A DNA stretch of 64,000 bases, from assembly GCA_963768305.1 (NCBI GenBank), contig CAVYHE010000010.1, positions 1 to 64,000 on the forward strand, written 5' to 3'. A program made the position numbers and the translations under genes. Positions 59,423-64,000 of the stretch are shown piece after piece (position 1 is the stretch's first letter; each line of letters opens with the position of its first letter). This DNA is from an uncultured bacterium. GTDB lineage: Bacteria; Margulisbacteria; WOR-1; CAVSGV01. Under the pieces are notes generated by a model that saw only the letters and a program-made list of their open reading frames with translations, was not told the DNA's origin and did not search any database.

Positions 59423-59451
59423 ATTTTACGATACCTTGGGAGCGGTTTCAA
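59423..59451 (-). promoter_or_regulatory. Sigma-70 promoter, probably leaderless, for plsY-gpsA-hflX
   Basis: TTGAAA-N17-TAAAAT ends 8 nt before the ATG; no SD. Confidence 0.65.
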
Positions 59452-59495
59452 CCCGCATTATATGATAGAATACCGCTCAAAAGGGGTGATTATTC

Positions 59496-59762
59496 ATGCC
59501 AAGAAAGACAAGTTCCGAGCCGGGATGGGATGAGATAGGGAAGATGGTGGGGAAAAAGATGGAGAAGATGAATGATAAGGAATGCTGCGGCGGGTGGCAC
59601 AAGTACATGTTCAAGAGGCATCACACAGACGGCGGCTTTTTCGGTCGTTTGCTGTTCGCGATAGGCATGCTGATATTGCTGACCACGATGGGAGTAATTC
59701 ACGGCGTGGCAACCTGGGTCCTGGTCCTGATTGGCGCAGGGTTTGCGCTGATGAAGTTTTAG
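59496..59762 (+). CDS. Small membrane protein of unknown function
   Basis: GGGGTGA SD; Cys/His-rich segment followed by two hydrophobic helices (GxLLxxIG...WVLVLIGAG, resembling LiaI/LiaF TM regions). Confidence 0.7.
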   Translation: MPRKTSSEPGWDEIGKMVGKKMEKMNDKECCGGWHKYMFKRHHTDGGFFGRLLFAIGMLILLTTMGVIHGVATWVLVLIGAGFALMKF

Positions 59763-59777
59763 AGAAAGGCGGGTAAC

Positions 59778-61371
59778 ATGAAGATCGCGCTTGCCCAAAT
59801 AAACCCTACCGTCGGCGCGCTTGAGAATAACGCGACGAAGATCATCGAATATATCGGAAAAGCAAAAGCTCAAGGCGCGGACCTGGCCGTCTTTCCGGAG
59901 CTCGCGATAACCGGATATCCTCCCGAAGACCTTCTCCTTAAGCCTCAGTTCATTATTGACAACCTTGATGCACTAAAAATGATTGTAAAAGCGTCCAAAG
60001 GCATAGGCGTGTATATCGGCTTTGTCGATAAGGCGGGAAAGGATCTGTTCAATGCCGGAGCTTTTATCGATAACGGAAAAGTCGTCAAAATATACCACAA
60101 GAACAACCTTCCAAATTATGGTGTTTTCGACGAAAAAAGATATTTTACGGAAGGCGATAAGCCTGGCGATAGTTAAATTCAGAGGCATCAATATCGGCCT
60201 CGGCATTTGCGAAGACATCTGGGTGGAAGACGGGCCTTATAAGGCAGAGGCAAAGGCGAAGGCAAAGGTATTCCTCAATATCAACGCTTCTCCATATCAT
60301 GTCGGGAAGATAAACGACAGGGAAAAGATACTGAAGAAAAGAGCGGTCAGCACAAAAGCACGCATTATATATGTAAACATGGTAGGCGGGCAGGATGAGC
60401 TTGTTTTTGACGGCGGCAGCATGGTATTGAACAGCAAAGGAAAAGTTATCGCACGAGCTTCGCAGTATAAGGAAGAGATTCCTTATTATCGACGAAACCG
60501 GGGGTAAAATGATACCAAAGCTTGATCCTCTTTCGGAGATATATGAAACCTTGATAATGGGCGTGCGCGATTATGTGGAAAAGAATAAATTCGGCGGCGT
60601 GATAATCGGCATTTCCGGCGGGATCGATTCGGCGCTAACGGCTGCCATCGCATGCGACGCGCTCGGGAAAAGAAAAAGTTCATACAATTTTCATGCCGTC
60701 AGATTTCACGTCCCCCCAAAGCCACGATGATTCCGTTCACGGTTACGAAAAATCTGGGAATTAAAATGGACATCATACCTATCAAGGACATCTTTTCGCA
60801 GTATCTTGCGACTTTGGAGCCGAATTTCAAGGGAAGATCCCCGGATATCACCGAAGAGAACCTACAGGCAAGGATCAGGGGCAATATCCTCATGGCCTTA
60901 TCGAATAAATTCGGATGGCTGGTACTCAGCACGGGAAATAAATCGGAAGTATCCACGGGATATTGCACTTTATACGGCGACATGGCCGGCGGATTCAACA
61001 TTTTGAAGGATATCCCAAAGGTCATGGTGTACAAGCTGGCTAATTGGAGAAATAAAAACAAGGTCGTTATTCCTCAGTCGATAATCGACAGGGCGCCGAC
61101 CGCTGAGTTAAAGCCCCACCAGAAGGACCAGGATACGCTTCCACCTTATGAAACGCTTGATAAGATCATCACGCTTTATGTGGAAGAGAACAAAAGCGTG
61201 AGGCAGATCGCCGCGATGGGGATTGATAAGTCCGTTGCCGCAAAAGTCGCCTCGATGATCGACAGGTCTGAATACAAAAGGCGTCAGTCAGCGCCGGGAA
61301 TAAGGATAACATCCCGAGCGTTCGGCAAGGATTGGAGACTGCCTATTACAAACAGTTATTCCTCGCAATAA
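59778..61371 (+). CDS. nadE: Glutamine-dependent NAD+ synthetase (about 3 frameshifts)
   Basis: [47 protein letters not shown]. Confidence 0.93.
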
Positions 61372-61376
61372 TCCTG

Positions 61377-61411
61377 TTTACAAAATTGTATATATCTGAT
61401 ACAATATTGTA
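61377..61411 (+). promoter_or_regulatory. Sigma-70 promoter overlapped by two TACAAnnTTGTA palindromes
   Basis: TTTACA-N17-TACAAT; palindromes at 61379-61390 and 61400-61411. Confidence 0.7.
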
Positions 61412-61414
61412 TAT

Positions 61415-62930
61415 ATGAGCACAGTTTTAGATATCCGCGTAAAAGTACTTGTCGAAATAAGCGAGGCGCTCGCTTCTGCGCTCGACCTTGAAAAAGCGCT
61501 GGATTCCATATTAAAGGTCCTTTCTGATTCGCTTGAAATGCAAAGAGGCACTATCACTCTTGTTGATCCCCGCACAAATGAACTGCACATCGAAGTCGCT
61601 CACGGCCTGACAAAAGAAGAAAAGGAGAGAGGACGCTACAAGATAGGCGAGGGCATAACCGGGAAAGTGGTGGAAACCGGCCAGCTGATGGTTGTAAAGG
61701 ACATCGGGGCAGATCCTTCCTTTTTGAACAGGACAAAAGCCAGAGAGCTTGAGCAGAGAAAATTCGCGTTCCTCTGCGTTCCCATAAAAGTCGGGAATAA
61801 AATAATCGGCGCGCTGTCAGTGGACCATCTTTTCAAGGATGACGTTTCTTATGAAGAGGATGTGAAGCTTCTTACGATAATCGCCTCAATGGTCGGCCAG
61901 GCGGTAACTATCAGAAAACTGGCCGAAGCGGACAAGCAGGCGGTCATTTCCGAGAACATCAAATTGAGAAAAGAATTGAAGGGAAAATATAATTTTGACA
62001 ACATCGTTTATAATTCTCCCGCGATGGACACAGTGCTTATGGCCGTTACGCAGGTGGCGGAAAGTTCGGCAAATGTCCTTCTTCGCGGCGAATCGGGCAC
62101 CGGGAAAGAATTGATCGCTTCAGCCATCCATTATGCCAGTGGAAGGGCAAAAAAACCGCTCATAAAAGTCGCGTGCGCGGCGCTTCCCGAAAATCTCCTT
62201 GAATCGGAGCTCTTCGGGTATGAAAGAGGAGCTTTTACCGGCGCGATCGAAAGAAAGCTCGGCCGTTTTGAACTGGCAAATTACGGGACCATCTTTCTGG
62301 ATGAAATAGGGGATCTGGCCATTTCCACCCAGGTAAAGCTCCTTCGCGTCATTCAGGAAAGGGAGATAGAGCGTTTGGGCGGAACGCAGACAATAAAAGT
62401 GGATGTCAGGGTGATCTGCGCTACTCACAGGAACCTTGAGGAAATGGTAAAGCAGGGAAAATTCCGCGAGGACCTGTTTTATAGGATTAATGTTTTCCCC
62501 ATAACCATTCCGCCTCTCAGGGACAGAAAAGAGGATATTCCCGCGCTGGTGGACCATTTCATTGAAATATTCAACAAAGAGAACAAGAAAAAAATAAAAG
62601 GCATAAATAGGGCCGCGCTGGACATGCTTATGGCTCATGACTGGCCGGGAAATGTCAGGGAACTGGAGAATGTGGTGGAAAGAGCCCTGGTGCTTTGCAG
62701 GAAAGACATGATCACTGTGCACGAACTTTCGTCAAATCTTCACAGGGGCGATGAAGCGGCTGGTCCCTGCCGCAGGGGCCACTTTGCCGGAGATCGTCGA
62801 ATCGATTGAGAAACAAAAGATCAGCGAAGCCCTGAAAAAATATAAGACCCGAAAACAGGCCGCGAAAGCCCTTGGAATAACCGAAAGAATGCTTGGTTAC
62901 AAGATCCAAATATACAAAATTGTAGATTAA
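61415..62930 (+). CDS. GAF-AAA+-HTH sigma-54 activator (NifA-like architecture); frameshift near 62770
   Basis: RGRYKIGEGITGKV GAF, GESGTGKE, GAFTGA, WPGNVREL; the shifted frame ends AAKALGITERMLGYKIQIYKIVD*. Confidence 0.92.
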
Positions 62931-62956
62931 ATTTTAAACATGCATACAAATTTGTA
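62913..62956. promoter_or_regulatory. Two more TACAAnnTTGTA palindromes (putative upstream activator sites)
   Basis: TACAAAATTGTA at 62913-62924 and TACAAATTTGTA at 62945-62956. Confidence 0.7.
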
Positions 62957-62984
62957 ATACCCGCTCTCAAATGATCCCTGAAAT

Positions 62985-63001
62985 ACGGCCACAAAATTGC
63001 T
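62985..63001 (+). promoter_or_regulatory. Sigma-54 (-24/-12) promoter
   Basis: acGGccacaaaattGCt: GG at 62987-62988, 10-nt spacer, TTGC ending at 63000. Confidence 0.65.
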
Positions 63002-63052
63002 CCCTAATAAGCTGAACGCGTCAGCAAAGGATTAAATAAAGGGGGCAATATC

Positions 63053-63767
63053 ATGAAGTTAAAAAAATATGTTTTAAGTTTGGCATTTATTTTGGCTGTT
63101 TCAGTGTCTTGTTTTGCGACTCCATCAAGCGCAGATATGGAATCCTTCCACGGATATCCAATCTGCGGGGACATGGCATCTTGGGATAGACAATTATTTC
63201 ACACTGGCCTGGCCTCAGAGCGGCGGCACGGCATTCCCGACGGACGTGAATCTAACTTACGGGGCATTGCCGGGGGTGGAGGTTGGAGTTGATTCTTTTT
63301 CGCCAAGCTCAAATCAGTTCACATTCAATGCCAAATACGGCGTTGCCGAGAACGGAAATATTCCGGCATACTCGATAGGGGTATTTAATTTCGGATTTGA
63401 CACGCTTGATGGCGTAAAGAGCGCGGACCAGAATATAGTTTACGGGCTTGTTTCAAAGGTGTTCGGATTTGGAAGGATTTCAACAGGGTATTATTCGGGC
63501 AACAAGGATGTGCTAGTGGATGAATTCGGCGATGCGCAGAACACCGGCTTTATTTTTACATGGGATAAGAAGCTGACGGATAAGTTCTGGGCCTGTGTCG
63601 ATTATGCTTCCGGATATTCTGCCAATGGAGCCGCATTCTATGGATTTTCTTACGCGTTCGCTCCGAACACATCCGTGCTATTCGGTTACGGGACGTTCAA
63701 TAATGAAAATGCTCCTGGAGCAAGCAAAAATCCGGTCGTAACGACTCAGCTGGATATCAATATATAA
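63053..63767 (+). CDS. Secreted, probable outer-membrane beta-barrel protein (frameshift near 63130)
   Basis: Signal peptide MKLKKYVLSLAFILAVSVSCFA, then QIWNPSTDIQ and Gly/aromatic-rich beta strands ending TTQLDINI. Confidence 0.65.
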
Positions 63768-63788
63768 AATAAAAAGGAGATGATCAAT

Positions 63789-64000
63789 ATGAACGGCGAG
63801 AGAGCAGATTCGGCAAAACTGGTAAAGCCTACATTAGGATTAATGGGCGCGGCAATGAACGCGATGGCTCTGATAGCTCCCGGCGCGTTCCTGTGGATCA
63901 CTTATCAGATGCAGGCCTCGGCAACGGCGCCGAACGGGGCGTCTGTGGCAAGCGATATTTGGGCCGGGATCGTTCTGGCTTTGATAGTCGCTTTTCTCAC
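63789..64000 (+). CDS. APC-family amino acid permease (3'-truncated by the window)
   Basis: AAGGAG SD; MNGERADSAKLVKPTLGLMGAAMNAMALIAPGAFLWITY...IWAGIVLALIVAFL, an APC TM1-like pattern. Confidence 0.75.
   Translation, partial: MNGERADSAKLVKPTLGLMGAAMNAMALIAPGAFLWITYQMQASATAPNGASVASDIWAGIVLALIVAFL

Noticed and set aside
60480..60520. nadE split into separate glutaminase and synthetase genes
   Set aside because: Removing one T near 60480 gives a continuous [18 protein letters not shown] linker.
61388..61404. NtcA box (GTA-N8-TAC) before the NifA-like gene
   Set aside because: The spacing is N9, and the match arises from the two adjacent TACAAnnTTGTA palindromes.
61415..62930. nifA / nitrogen fixation
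   Set aside because: Only the domain architecture is NifA-like. No nif genes are in the window and the downstream genes are transport-related.

Overview
A gene-dense bacterial chromosome segment. About half of it is a single plus-strand transcription/translation superoperon (rpmG-tRNA-Trp-secE-nusG-rplKAJL-rpoBC-rpsLG-fusA, then the S10, spc and alpha blocks, then truA-rplM-rpsI; 6961-37079). This block has no tuf and no rpmD. RpoC is cyanobacteria-like in sequence but reads through the cyanobacterial rpoC1/rpoC2 split point. Together with the SLH/beta-barrel envelope proteins and two sigma-54 activators, this suggests (inference) a non-photosynthetic relative of Cyanobacteria such as Margulisbacteria/Saganbacteria. 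The flanks carry housekeeping genes (trxA, rimI, metE, serA, recO, birA, aroH, aroF, double-domain thyX, hflX, gpsA, plsY, nadE) and several less ordinary modules: (i) a translationally coupled envelope/glycolipid cluster (MFS, a radical-SAM-fold protein lacking CxxxCxxC, GT4, galE, a plant-type MGDG synthase, SLH barrel proteins); (ii) a receiver-domain/KaiC-like ATPase fusion next to an NtrC-type activator, with paired TGT-N11-ACA sites between them; (iii) a GAF-AAA+ sigma-54 activator bracketed by four TACAAnnTTGTA palindromes, followed by a sigma-54 promoter, a probable porin and an APC permease; (iv) a BCAM0308-family protein appended to rpsI; (v) a 20-nt palindrome written in-frame into two ribosomal protein genes, plus heptamer tracts in spacers. 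Many genes, including essential ones, carry single-base frameshifts, best explained as uncorrected sequencing indels. No rRNA, CRISPR array or transposase was seen. All calls come from reading the sequence; no searches were run.
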